Shown here: one piece after another, positions 49,736-62,390 of the stretch
Layout: every line of letters begins with the position of its first letter
Numbering within the stretch: position 1 is the stretch's first letter
Assembly: GCF_964213995.1 (NCBI RefSeq)
Contig: NC_135804.1
Span: 68,262,001 to 68,326,000 of the forward strand
Length of the DNA stretch: 64,000 nucleotides
Origin: Mustelus asterias
Taxonomy: Eukaryota
Direction of reading: 5' to 3'
Notes under the pieces: model-generated
What the model was told of the DNA's origin: nothing
Database searches by the model: none
What the model saw: the letters and a program-made list of their open reading frames with translations, nothing else
Program-made: the position numbers and the translations under genes

Positions 49736-51402
49736 AAGATCCAAATACTCGTGAGGAACCGGACCGTGGCCATTCACCTCAACAAAGAGTGGGACGTTAG
49801 CAAGTATCATTCCACGATTAATAATCATTCCAGTCTCAGAAACGTGTTGCTTGTAGTCGAGGCAACCGGTGCAACATTGAATCCAACCAGCTGATAGAGG
49901 AAGGAAGTTGAAGCAAAAATAAGCCATTTAATTTTGCTGCAAAATTGCAATCTACAACGCAAAATCAGATATGCGAATGTAAAGCGTTTATTGCTTTGTG
50001 TGTTAAATACAGTATTTTTAGCATTTCTGTGAGGTCATGACGAAACAAAACGCTTGGATACATCAGAACACTAAGATATTGCATCTCGAAAACAACCTGA
50101 TATTTACTGAGGTGATTGCATTGTCAAAAGAGCTAGCAAAAAAATGCGAAATAACAACGGTGCTGCCATCTTAACCTTTGAATAGCTGCATTTTTTTTTT
50201 ACTTTGAGGGGCAGCGTAGAACTTACGATAGTCAACCGGCTGCCAATTTGTTTTCACCTCTTTCGCTACGGTGAAGCTTGAAATGCTCCCATTTTGCATT
50301 TATTAACGTCTGAATTGAACTTACCAATTGTAGCTCTTTTCAGTACAAAACGGCATTTAAATCAGTCTAGTCTGATCCCCTGTTACTGCATTTTTAACAG
50401 GCCTAACGTAATACCAGCACCGAGAAGTTCATTTCCAAATAACGGACCAACCCAATTTGGAAATTTAGATGTTTTCTTAATCGCCGCTCGACCCACATTC
50501 TGGAACACCTCCCAACGGATTGTGGGTGTGCCAGCAACACGAGAAAAATAATGGCTTAGGATGTCCGCTCACGAGCACCTTCACAGGGGTTATTAGGGAT
50601 GCATACTAAGTGTTTGTATTGCCAGTGACGTCTAAGCCTCATACAAAAATAAACTGTCTATGAAGCCTGCTTCTTCGCCTTCCATTAGTTCTGCTGCATC
50701 TTCCGCGGAAGAGTAGCGCCTTGGACCTCGCTTCATTCAGTTTTCCTTTCAAAGATGTATTCGGCAATATCTGAGCAAGCTCGGCGGGATGCATCTTAAC
50801 ATCCTTTACAAACGCGACTGTTCTCAATCATGTCGATCTATTTAATTTGAATTTGTTTGTCCAATTAGGTACTGTTGATAACATTGAGTGAAAACTAGGG
50901 ACACTCCTATGCCCAACTTCTCGTCAATTTGCGCTAAATTCACTCGCACAATCATTTATTTTCAAGTAACCCCGAGGATGTCAACTATATTCACTTTGTG
51001 TCTTAGCTTTATTCGAAGGCTTTGTTGAGGTAGCTGTTGGAAATGGCCCCTAATTTGGAAGGCAACATCTTCTCTGTAAAGACTAATTGACCTGAAATAT
51101 ATCGTCGATATTTTCAATGGCTTCTCTGAACTTTGCTTGCATTTGTGGATATTGTCACCCCAGTAAATGTGGAATCACAACTTAGAGAGCCTCTGACTCG
51201 TAAGTTTAATTTCATTTCTGAATATCAAATACACATGTACCTACATCAACTTATCCTGGTGATGAGTTTTAATACTTTACAATTATCGCCCTATGTCTTG
51301 CTTCGTATTATAGATCAAATATGATCCCTGGTAGTTCCTTACATTTCGTGTAATATCGCTATCCCAACATATAGTCAAAGCATTTTAATTCAACGAGCTG
51401 GG

Positions 51403-51735
51403 GACACGATGGTACAGTGGTCATGTCACTGCATTGATAATAAAGAGGCTTATGGCAATCCTCTGGGTATGTGGTTTCAAATGACTTATCTGCATGAAAG
51501 CTGGCGGAATTTAAATGCAACTAAAGAACCAGAAAGGTAAAGCAAATGACCGCATTGTGACCCCTGCCATAACAGTTGTCACCCACTGTTGTAAACACCC
51601 ATCTGGTTTTCTAATGCAGTAGATCTGCATTTCTTCCCTGACCTGGCGTCCAGACACACAGCGACGCCATACTTAACATCCTTCCAAAGGCAATGAATGC
51701 TGATCGAACCTGCTACGCCCGCATCCCATTAAATA
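51403..51735 (+). mobile_element. Degraded SINE (family of 2530-2862)
   Basis: tRNA-like head; acccatctggtt, ccagacacacagc and aatgctg tail motifs. Confidence 0.5.
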
Positions 51736-51829
51736 ATCAACGGTGTGTTCCTAATTCGTTTTCACGGTTGTGCATGTTCAGTTTTAGTCAATCAGAGTAA
51801 CGTGTTGCTGTTTTATGTTATGTTAATTT

Positions 51830-52100
51830 CGAATCATAGAATCCCTGCAGTGCTTTCGGCCTATTAAGCCTGCACCGACAATAATTCCACCCAGGCCCGA
51901 TCCCCACAATAACTCTGTTAGTCCCCCTGACACTGGAGGGCAATTTAGCATGGCCAATCCACTTAACCCGCACATTTCTGGAGTGTGGAACGGAACCGGA
52001 GTACCTACAGGGAATCCACGCAGACACGGGGAGAATGTGCAAAACTCCACACAGTGTCCCGAGGTCGGAATTGAACCCAGGACCCTGGCGCTGTGCCATC
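51830..52100 (-). mobile_element. tRNA-derived SINE
   Basis: atagaatccctgcagtgc tail; gggcaatttagcatggccaatcc core. Confidence 0.8.
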
Positions 52101-53196
52101 GTACCGTTCCAAAACTTAAAATTATGTCTTAATAAGTAAGATTTCTGATTACCATAGATGTCTGTTACATGGAATAGTCCTCTAATATTTGCAGTAATTT
52201 AGCTGTTTCTCAATCATGTGCTGCAGTGATGCAAACAATATATTTAGGCCACTTCATCACGACAGCAGAGAAACACAATATGTCGTTGCAATAGATTCAC
52301 TATTACACGCAGTGCACATTGTTTCAAAATATACACTCAATCCAGTTAGAGACCAAACACCGAGCAAATTATTTACGTATTATGCAACCCACTATTTCTC
52401 AATTTACAGATGGAAACATTCAGCCTTTTAACTCTTGCATTTGATTGCTTTCAAACTTCCTCCATTGTTTCTGTCATACGTCGAAACATAATTCTGAAAA
52501 TTCAGAAGATTAACGTTCCCGCTGCTTTACTTTGTAGAATAACTGTGTATTTTTATTTTATTTCCTTGCCCTAGTGCTCCGTTGCATAGATTGCTTTCAA
52601 AAAACAAATGTCCCTTTACTGTCATGTATTTTGAGAGAAAAGTTCTGAAGTTGTAGCTGTTTCGTGACCAATAGCATGAATTAATGTATGCAAGGCGGGA
52701 AAACTCGTTTGGTCATTTGGCGCAACCCAACACATGAAACATTAATGAGTTAGCCATTACCGTTTAGGAATCACATAGAAACACAGCCTCAATACCAAAG
52801 CTAGGCCAGAATGTGTTGCCCATCCCGAAAAGCCCCTGAGGCAACGGTACTGTGTTGCGTTCTTGTAAAATTCTTGAGATGAGGATGCAGGACTGTTTCA
52901 TGTTGTTTCCGTTTTGTTGTAAGTAAATTCACCGTCCCTTTACGCTAATTGTAGCAGCTTGAGTTCACACATGATATGGAACAATTGAGTCTGAGGAAAC
53001 GGATGTGGTTTAAGCAAAAACAAGAGCTATTTATTTCGCTCCAACAACGAGTACATGTCACCCGTTTGTAGTCGAACCGGCGATGAGCGCGTAATCATAT
53101 GAAACGATTCGACTCTGCTGATGAAAGCATTGCACATTCATATGCCACCTTTATTGAAAAGTACGTCAAGCATTTCAGAATTATTGCGTTCAGAGT

Positions 53197-56196
53197 AGAA
53201 ACATAGAAACATGGAAAAACTACAGCATAAAACAGGCCCTTAGGCCTCACAAGTTGTGCCGAACATATCCCTACCATTTAGGCCGACATATAACCCTCCA
53301 TCCTATTAAGTCCCATGTACTCATCCAGGAGTCTCTGAAAAGACCCTATTGAGTTTGCCTCCACCACCACTGACGGCAGCCTATTCCACTCGCCCACTAC
53401 CTTCTGTGTGAAAAACTTCCCCCTAACATTTCCCCTGTACCTACCCCCCAGCACCTTAAACCTGTATCCTCTCGTAGCAGCCATTTCCACCCTGGGAAAA
53501 AGCCTCTGAGGGTCCACCCAATCTATGCCTCTCAACATCTTATATACCTCTATTAGGTCTCCTCTCATCCAACGTCTCTCCAAGGAGAAAATTCCGAGCT
53601 CCCTCAGCTTATCCTCATAAGGCATGCCACTCAATCCAGGCAACATCCTTGGAAATCTCCTCTGCACCCTTTCGATTATTTCCACATCCTTCCTGTAATG
53701 AGGCGACCAGAACTGAGCACAGTACTCCAAGTGGGGTCTGACGAGGGTCTTATATAGTTGCATCATTATCCCTGGACTCCAAAACGCAATCCCTCGATTG
53801 ATAAAGGTCAGCACACCATATGCCTTCTTAACCGCCTCCTCCACCTGCGGGGCCGATTTTAGAGTCCTATGGACCCGGACCCCAAGGTCCTTCTGATCCT
53901 CTACAGTACTAAGAGTATTTCCCTTTATATTGTATTCCTTGATCCCATTTGACCTGCCCAAATTGACTACGATGCATTTATCTGGGTTGAGGTCCACCGG
54001 CCACTTCTCCGCTCAGTCTTGCATCCTATCTATGTCCCTCTGTAACTCCTGACATTCCTCCAGACTATCCACAACCCCTCCAACCTTCGTGTTGTCGGCA
54101 AACTTACCAACCCATCCCTCCACAAAGAACAAAGAACAAAGAACAGTCCAGCACAGGAAACAGGCCCTTCAGCCCTCCAAGCCTGTGCCGCTCCTTGGTC
54201 CAACTAGACCAATAGTTTGTATCCCTCCATTCCCAGGCTGCTCATGTGACTATCCTGGTAAGTCTTAAACGATGTCAGCGTGCCTGCCTCCACCACCCTA
54301 CTTGGCAGCGCATTCCAGGCCCCCACCACCCTCTGTGTAAAAAACATCCCTCTGATATCTGAATTATACTTCGCCCCTCTCACCTTGAGCCCGTGACCCC
54401 TCGTGATCGTCACCTCCGACCTGGGAAAAAGCTTCCCACTGTTCACGCTATCTATCCCCTTCATAATCTTGTACACCTCTATTAGATCTCCCCTCATTCT
54501 CCGTCTTTCCAGGGAGAACAACCCCAGTTTACCCAATCTCTCCTCATAGCTAAGACCCTCCATACCAGGCAACATCCTGGTAAACCTTCTCTGCACTCTC
54601 GCTAACGCCTCCACGTCCTTCTGGTAGTGCGGCGACCAGAACTGGATGCAGTACTCCAAATGTGGCCTAACCAGCGTTCTATACAGCTGCATCATCAGAC
54701 TCCAGGTTTTCTACTCGATACCCCGTCCTATAAAGGCAAGCATACCATAGGCCTTCTTCACCACCTCCTCCACCTGTGTTGCCACCTTCAAGGATTTGTG
54801 GACTTGCGCACCTAGGTCCCTCTGTGTTTCTATACTCCTGATCACTCTGCCATTTATTGTATAACTCCTCCCTACATTATTTCCACTTCCTCATCCAGGT
54901 CATTTATGAAAATGACAAACAGCAAGGGTCCCAGAACAGATCCCTGGGGCACACCACTGGTGACCGACCTCCATTTAGAAAAAGACCCATCTATACACAC
55001 TCTCTGCAAGCTGGTTCTGGATCCACAAGGCAGCATCACCTTGGATCCCATGCCCTCTCACTTTTTCTAGAAGCCTTGCATGGAGGACCTTATCGAACGC
55101 CTTGCTAAAAGCCATATAAAGCACATCTGCCGCTTTCCCTTTGTCAATTTGTTTCGTCACATTTTTGAAGAACTCCACCAGGCTCGTAAGGCACGATCTG
55201 CCTTTGACAAAGCCGTGCTGCGTATTCTTGAGCATACTAAACCTCTCTAAATGCTCATAAATCCTATTCCTCAGGATCTTCTCCATCAGCTTACCAAACA
55301 CTGAGGTTAGCCTCACCAGTTGGTAATTTCCTGGGCAATCCCTATTCCCCTTCTTGAAAATAGGAACCACATCTGCAATCCTCCAATCCTCTGGCACCTC
55401 TCCCATCTCCATCGACGATGCAGAGATCATCACCAGAGGCTCTGCAATCTCTTCCCTTGCCTCCCACAGTAACCTGGGGTACATCCCATCCGGACCCGGC
55501 GACTTAGCTATCTTGATGCCATTCAAAGATTCCAGCACAACCTCTTTGTTAAAGTCCGCATACTCAATCTTTTCAGTCCACCGCCTGCCCGCAGTACATC
55601 CACCCAGGTCCTTTTCCTCTGTGAAAACCGAGGCAGAATACTCATTAAGCACTTCTGCCATTTCTACTGGTTCCATACAGACTTTCCCACCTTCACCTTT
55701 TATTGGCCCTATTCCTTCACGCCTCATCCTTTTACTTTTCACATATTTGTAGAACGCCTTTGGGTTTTCCTTAATCCTACCTGCCAAGGCCTTCTCGTGA
55801 CCCCTTCTGGCTCTCCTAATTTCCTTCTTTAGTCCCTTCCTACAAGGTGTATACTCATCTAGAACCCTATCTTCTCCAAGCTCTCTGAGCCTTTTGTACA
55901 CTTTCCTTTTCTTCGCGACTAGGTCCCGCACAGCTTTCGTGCACCATGGTTCCTTTAGCCTACCAACTCCTCCCTGTCTACTCGGAACGTTGTCCTGTAG
56001 AACTCTGGACAGACATTCCCTGAAAAACTGCCACCTCTCTTCAGTACGTTTCCCCGAGAATACCTCCTTCCAATTTACTCCTCTAATTTGCTGCCTTTTG
56101 TCTTCATATTTCCCCTTCCTGCATATGAACGCTTTCCCAGCTAGCCTGATCTTCTCTTTTTCCAATGCAAGCATAAAGGAGATAGAGTTATGATCG
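53197..56196 (-). mobile_element. 5'-truncated CR1 (host of a nested CR1)
   Basis: ORFs 54975-56174 and 53278-53997 are contiguous once 54124-54881 is removed. Confidence 0.95.
54124..54881 (-). mobile_element. Nested CR1 3' fragment (short-UTR TTCTTTG subfamily)
   Basis: aaagaac tail at 54124; TCCAC duplicated at both junctions. Confidence 0.9.
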
Positions 56197-56574
56197 AGTT
56201 AAACTGAGGCTGTTAGTGGGATGGGGGCTTCAATGAGGGATACACTCTGCATTTTAATTCTGAGGGCCCGTTGGGGCGTGTCTCAGTCTCTTTGCCTCTA
56301 TCGCTCCCTCTATCTCTGCCTGTTGCAGTCTCTTTGTCTCATTCTCTCTCTGTCGCTGTCTGTAAACATTTACTCAATAATAAAATCTTTGCAAACTATA
56401 TGCCTGTCAATTTCGATATTACAATCATGCAGGAATTGAGAGAGAGAGATCGAGCTCCACTATGAGAAAGCCTGCACTGAATTTTAAAATTCCCACTATT
56501 TTTGGGATCTTCGTATGCACAGGGCGATTGCAGAATTCCAAAATTACAATACTGAGGTCACATTATACGTTTCA

Positions 56575-56704
56575 CCCGGAAGAAACCTCTGCAGACACGG
56601 GGAGCACGTGAAAACTCCACACAGACACAGTGACCAAAGCCGAGAAATGAACGCGATTCGCTGGCGCTGAGAGGCAGCAGCGCGAACCATGTGCCACCAT
56701 GCCC
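56575..56704 (-). mobile_element. SINE 5' fragment
   Basis: acccggaagaaacc..cagacacgggga..gaggcagcagc. Confidence 0.7.
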
Positions 56705-56869
56705 TTGAACAAAATGGCTTGCTAGGTCATTTCGGAGGACAGTTGAGAGTCAGACATGTTGCTGTGGCTCTGGAATGGCATGTGGACCAGACCAGGTAAG
56801 GAGGGCAGATTTCCTTCTCTCTGGACATTACTGAAGCAGGGGGAGGGTGAATGGGTGCAGAGAGAAATT

Positions 56870-56936
56870 GAGAGTGATAGTGAGTGAGAGTGACAGGGAG
56901 AAAGAGAGAGTGAGAGAGAGAGAGAGAGAAAGAGAG
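56870..56936. repeat. (GA)n-rich microsatellite
   Basis: gagagagagtgagagagagagagagag. Confidence 0.85.
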
Positions 56937-57295
56937 CGGTGGGGACAGGAAAGATTGTGAGGGAACACAAGGAATTGACAGCAAAACTGAGGTGGGGTGC
57001 GGATAGAGAGTGAGAAAAGACACACGGTCTCCAGTGTGGGCTCAGTGCTCAGCTCCCAGTCTCTGGAGAAAAGCCACAGTCACAACCCACTGGGATTCAT
57101 GAATCACAGAAATAAATAAACAAATGAATGCTGGGAGGCTGATTTCAAAAATCTTCCAAAGGAAGATTCCTCTCCGGATATGGTCACCTTGCTATCCATG
57201 GGATCCTGCTGTGCATCAATGACCAGAAACATTTCCTCATCTGCAACTTGTAACCAAACAACTTAAAAATCAAACTAGCTCAATGACTGTACATC

Positions 57296-57538
57296 ACTTG
57301 GGCAGAGAGGTGGCAGATGGAGTCCAATCCGGACAAATGCGAGGCAATGCACCCCGGAAGGTCCAATCCAAATCAGAAACACACAGCAAAAAGCAGAACC
57401 CCAAAGAGTATTGACAGGCAGAGGGATCCGAGCCGGCAGGTACACAGGTCACTGAAAGTGGCAACGCAGGTAGATAAGGCAGCCAAGAAGGCACCCAGGA
57501 TGCCCGCCCCCATCGGCCGGGGCACCGAGTTTAAAAAT
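57296..57538 (+). mobile_element. CR1 RT fragment with clustered T>C hypermutation
   Basis: MESNPDKCEAMHPG...KAAKKAPRMPAPIGRGTEF vs MEFNPDKCEVMHFG...KVVKKAYGMLAFIGRGIEF in other copies. Confidence 0.85.
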
Positions 57539-58793
57539 ACTGAATGATTTGCCTGCTGATGGTCATAATGCTTCTTTATCTTCACGAGGAATTATCTACA
57601 AAAAAACACAAGTGATCAAATGCGACATAATGCCGAGCTCCTTAGCCTGATGTGTGATGCAAGCCTGAACTTCCCTAATATCACTAAAAACAGACTATCG
57701 CGTCGCAAGTTTGGAGACATTTTGTAGTAAACAGTCAAGCATTAATTCCCAGTAATGTTCACTTGAACGTTTCAACGTGCTGATAGGCCACAAAGAGGAA
57801 GTAATAATTTTATATGATGAAATATTGTGCCATAATAGGACAAGTGACATACACAAAATATAACCAACCTCATGCAATCGCGTTGGTATGTCCGAAATTG
57901 GGAACTGTGGCAGAAAGTATATTGCAGTGGAATAGTTTGGCAATCGTTCATTGCGCCGTACAACCTGCGATGTGTTTGCATCGTTCGATATAGATTACGT
58001 CCAAATTCTAACGAAATCTTCAATGTCAGATTTAGTTCCAAGGAAAAAGTTGAAAATTTACCGCACTGTTTCTAAAATAAATTCCCCTTCCAGGTTCACA
58101 TTAAGCAGAATTATACTAACATCTCACACAGAAGATTTTAGCCCTGACCCAGATGTCATCTTTATTCAGCTTGCAGCAAACTATTCGATTTCTAACGTAG
58201 ATATGTCGCCTCTGTTTGAAACAGAAAATTCGATTAGTAACACTCTCACTTTTGAGTCATGAAACAAAAGGTCCCATTCCAGAACCTGAGCAGGATAATA
58301 AATCACTAACGGAATACTACACTGTAGGAAGTATTGATTTTCAGAAGGCACGTGCAACACAGGCCCAATCAGCAAGTTATCTCGGATCTAAAATATCCCA
58401 TGACGCTATTTCGCAGTAAAGCAGAGAAGTTATCCCTGCAGTGCTGCATGATGTTTTTGTCGTTGAATCAACTTCCCTGTTACAGTTAACCTGATCATTT
58501 ACATAATACGGGTTGTGGGAGTTTGATGAAGGCAATTTGGCTGCCGAGCATTCCATTTGACTGGTCATGGACTCACAATCCTGAGGCCCAGGCGCATACC
58601 CCTGGGTCAGGGGTTCAAAGCCAACAACGGCAGCTGGTGTAATTTAAAATTCAATTAATAAATCAATAATCAATTGTCTTGTCAATAGCAATTATGTGAC
58701 TTTTGTCCCTTGTGAAAACCGATCTGGTGCACTGTTATCCCTTCCTTTCGGGAGGGATAACGGTCTGGATTTCTTGATCCTGCCGACATGTGA

Positions 58794-59134
58794 ACATTAT
58801 GAAGGGTATAGATAGGGTGAACAGTGGGAAGCTTTTTCCCAGGTCGGAGGTGACGATCACGAGGGGTCACGGGCTCAAGGTGAGAGGGGCGAGGTATAAC
58901 TCAGATATCAGAGGGGACGTTTTTTACACAGAGAGTGGTGGGGGCCTGGAATGCGCTGCCAAGTAGGGTGGTGGAAGCAGACACGCTGGCATAGTTTCAG
59001 ACTTACCTGGATAGTCACATAAGCAGTCTGGGAATGGAGGGATACAAACGAATGGTCTAGTTGGACCAATGAGCGGCACAGGCTTGGAGGGCCGAAGGGC
59101 CTGTTTCCTGTGCTGTCCTGTTCTTCGTTCTTTG
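58794..59134 (+). mobile_element. CR1 3' fragment (short-UTR TTCTTTG subfamily)
   Basis: Near-identical to 45881-46283. Confidence 0.9.
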
Positions 59135-61098
59135 TTTGTTCTTCATTCAGAACAACAGCAGTATGAACGACTCTTAAATGCCCACCGAAACGGCCGAGCA
59201 AGCCGTTCAGTTGTGTTAAACCATTACAAAGTCTAAAGTAAAAAATAGAACTGGACCGGCCACCCACGGAAATGACAATGGCGCAGTCAACCCTCTCAGC
59301 TTTGCAAATTCCTCCTTACTAACACATAGAGGCATGTACCAAAATTGGGAGGGCTGTCTCAGAGTCTAGTCAAGCAACACACTGCCTTGATCAAACTTAC
59401 AGAGTAATACCTGACAATGTTCCAGACATCACCATCATAACCTTCGGTATATCCTGTCCCAACAACAGAACAAACGCAACAAATGTTGTAGAAGACCGGA
59501 ATATCGTCGGGGTGTGTATTTCTGGGAATCCCCAACACTGATCCCATACTTCATTAAGTGTGATGGCATCATACCAACATGGTCAAGGAAGCCTGCTGCT
59601 GATGACGACCCACTGCACCACCTACTCCATCCCCAACGCACCCAGCTGATAATTCAGTGTTCCATATTAAATAGCACTTGGAGGAAGCTTAGATGATATC
59701 CTCAATTGTGTTGTGCAGCACTAACACCGTGCTAAATTGCATAGACTTCGAACAGATCTAGCAATTCAAGACTGCTTATCTATGAGGCGCTGTGGGCCAT
59801 CAGCAGCAACAGAACTGTCCTCAATCACAATCTGCAACCACATGGCCCAGCATATCCCCCACTATCCCATTTCCATCAAGCCAGGGGGACCATCCAGGTT
59901 GAAGGAAGAATGCAGGACTGCATGCCAGGATCAGAACCAGACATACCTATAATCAAGTGCAAACCGGCGTAAGAAGCAAGTAACAGACCGAGCTCAGCCA
60001 TTCCACAACAACGGATCAGAACTAAGCTCTGTAGTCCTGCAATCGAAAAACTCACTGGAGGAGTAGGCTCCACCCTCAATTTCGAACGCACCTAGCAAGT
60101 CAAAACTGAGAGTCCATGAGACACTGCGGGCCATCAAAAGCAGAACTATTGTATACAACCATAATCTGTATGGCACTTCAATTACTATCAAGCCGGAATA
60201 CAATATCTGGTTCAACGAAAATTGCAGGAGGACATGACAGAAACAGCACCAAGAAAATCTAAAGTGTGGTGTCAGCTTCGTGAAGCCACAACACTGGACT
60301 ACGTGCCTGCCAAACAGCGTAAGTAGCATATAACAGACAGAGTTTAGCCATCCTATCACCAGCAGACAACATCGAATTTCTGCAGTCCTGCCACATCTAG
60401 CTGTCAATTGTATTTGACAATGGAATAACTAACAGGGGAAGAGGTTCCACAAATATCCCCATCATCATCGATGGACGAGCCCAGCACATTAATGCAAAAA
60501 ATTAGGTTCAAGCATTTACAACTATAGAAGTGCCTAGTGGGTGATTTATCTCGGATTCTTCACCAGGTTCCCAACATTTTTCGTGCCAGTCTTCGACCAA
60601 TTCAAGTCATTCCACCTGATAGCAAGAAGTGGCTGAAGTCATTGGATAACTAAAGAAACATGGGCCCTGACAATACTTCGACAAAAGCCCTGCCCCTCGC
60701 CAAGCTGTTAAAGTACAACTACAACAATGTCATCTACCCAGCAATGTGGAAATGATTCAGGCACGTCATATCCTCAAAAAGCAGAACAAATGCAGCAGGG
60801 CCAATTACCAACTCAGTCTACTCTTCATCATCACCAATGTTATAGAAGGAGTCGTGGAAGGTGATATCAATTGGATATAACCTGCTGACGCACAGGTTTG
60901 ATTCTTCCAAGACAAACCAGCCGTTGACTTCTGTAAAGCCTTCGTCCAGACATGCATAAAAACAAATATATCAAAATGAGAGATTGGAGTGACTGCGCTT
61001 CATATCAAGGAAGCAATTTACTAAGCCTGCATCATAGAGCCCTAAAAACACTGCAGTCATTGGAAATCAGGGGGGAATAATTTACATTCCTTGGAGTC

Positions 61099-62390
61099 AA
61101 AGGGATAATTGGATTAGGGATAGTCAGCACGGTTTTGTGAAGGGTAGGTCGTGCCTTACAAACCTTATTGAGTTCTTTGAGAAGGTGACCAAAGAGGTGC
61201 ATGAGGATAAAGCGGTTGATGTGGTGCATATGGATTTCAGCAAAGCGTTTGATAAGGTTCCCCACGGTAAGCTATTGCAGAAATTACGGACACATGGGAT
61301 TGAGGGTGATTTAGTGGTTTGGATCAGTAATTGGCTAGCTGTAAGAAAACAGAGGGTGGTGGTTCATGGGAAATATTCATCCTGGAGTTCAGTTACTAGT
61401 GGTGTACCGCAAGGATCTGTTTTGGGGCCACTGCTGTTTGTCATTTTTATTATTGACCTGGATGAGGGCATAGAAGGATGGATTAGTAAATTTGCCGATG
61501 ACACGAAAGTTGGTGAAGTTGTGGACAGTGCGGAGGGAAGTGGCAAGTAACAGAGGGACATAGATAAGCTGCAGAGCTGGGCTGAGAGGTGGCAAATGGA
61601 GTTTAATGCGGAAAAGTGTGAGGTGATTCACTTTGGAAGGAGTAACAGGAATACAGAGAACTGGGCTAATGGTAAGATACTTGGTAGTGTGGATGAACAG
61701 AGAGATCTCGGTGACCATATGCTTAGATCCCTGAAAGTTGGCACCCAGGTTGATAGGGTTGTTAAGAAGGCATATGGTGTGTTAGCTTTTATTGGTAGAG
61801 GGATTGAGTTTCGGAGCCAGGAGGTCATGCTGCAACTGTACAAAACTCTGGTGCAGCCGCACTTGGATTATTGCATACAGTTCTGGTTGCTGCATTATAT
61901 GAAAGATTTGGAAGCATTGGAAAGGGTGCAGAGGAGATTTACCAGGATGTTGCCTGGTATGGTGGGAAGATCGTATGAGGAAAGGCCGAGGGACTTGTGG
62001 TTGTTTTCGTTAGAGAGAAGAAGGTTAAGAGGTGACTTAATAGAGGCATACAAGATGATCAGAGGATTAGATAGGGTGGATAGTGAGAGCCAGTTTCCTC
62101 TGATGGTGATGGCTAACACGAGGGGACATAGCTATAAATTGAGGGGTGAGAGATATAGGACAGATGTTAGAGGTAGGTTCTTTACTCAGAGAGTAGTAAG
62201 GGCGTGGAATGCCCTGCCTGCAGCAGCAGTGGACTCGTCAACATAAAGAGCATTCAAATGGTTATTGGATAAACATATGGATGATATTGGGATAGTGTAG
62301 ATTAGAGGGGCTTTAGATTGGTTTCACTGGTCGGTGCAACATCAAGGGCCGAAGGGCCTGTACTGTGCTGTAATGTTCTATGTTCTATGT
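61099..62390 (+). mobile_element. 5'-truncated CR1
   Basis: RT ORFs 61137-61550 and 61596-62246 separated by one stop; (TTCTATG)n tail. Confidence 0.95.

Noticed and set aside
57020-57100. ctggagaaaagcc resembling a C2H2 zinc-finger linker
   Set aside because: No Cys/His finger pattern in any frame
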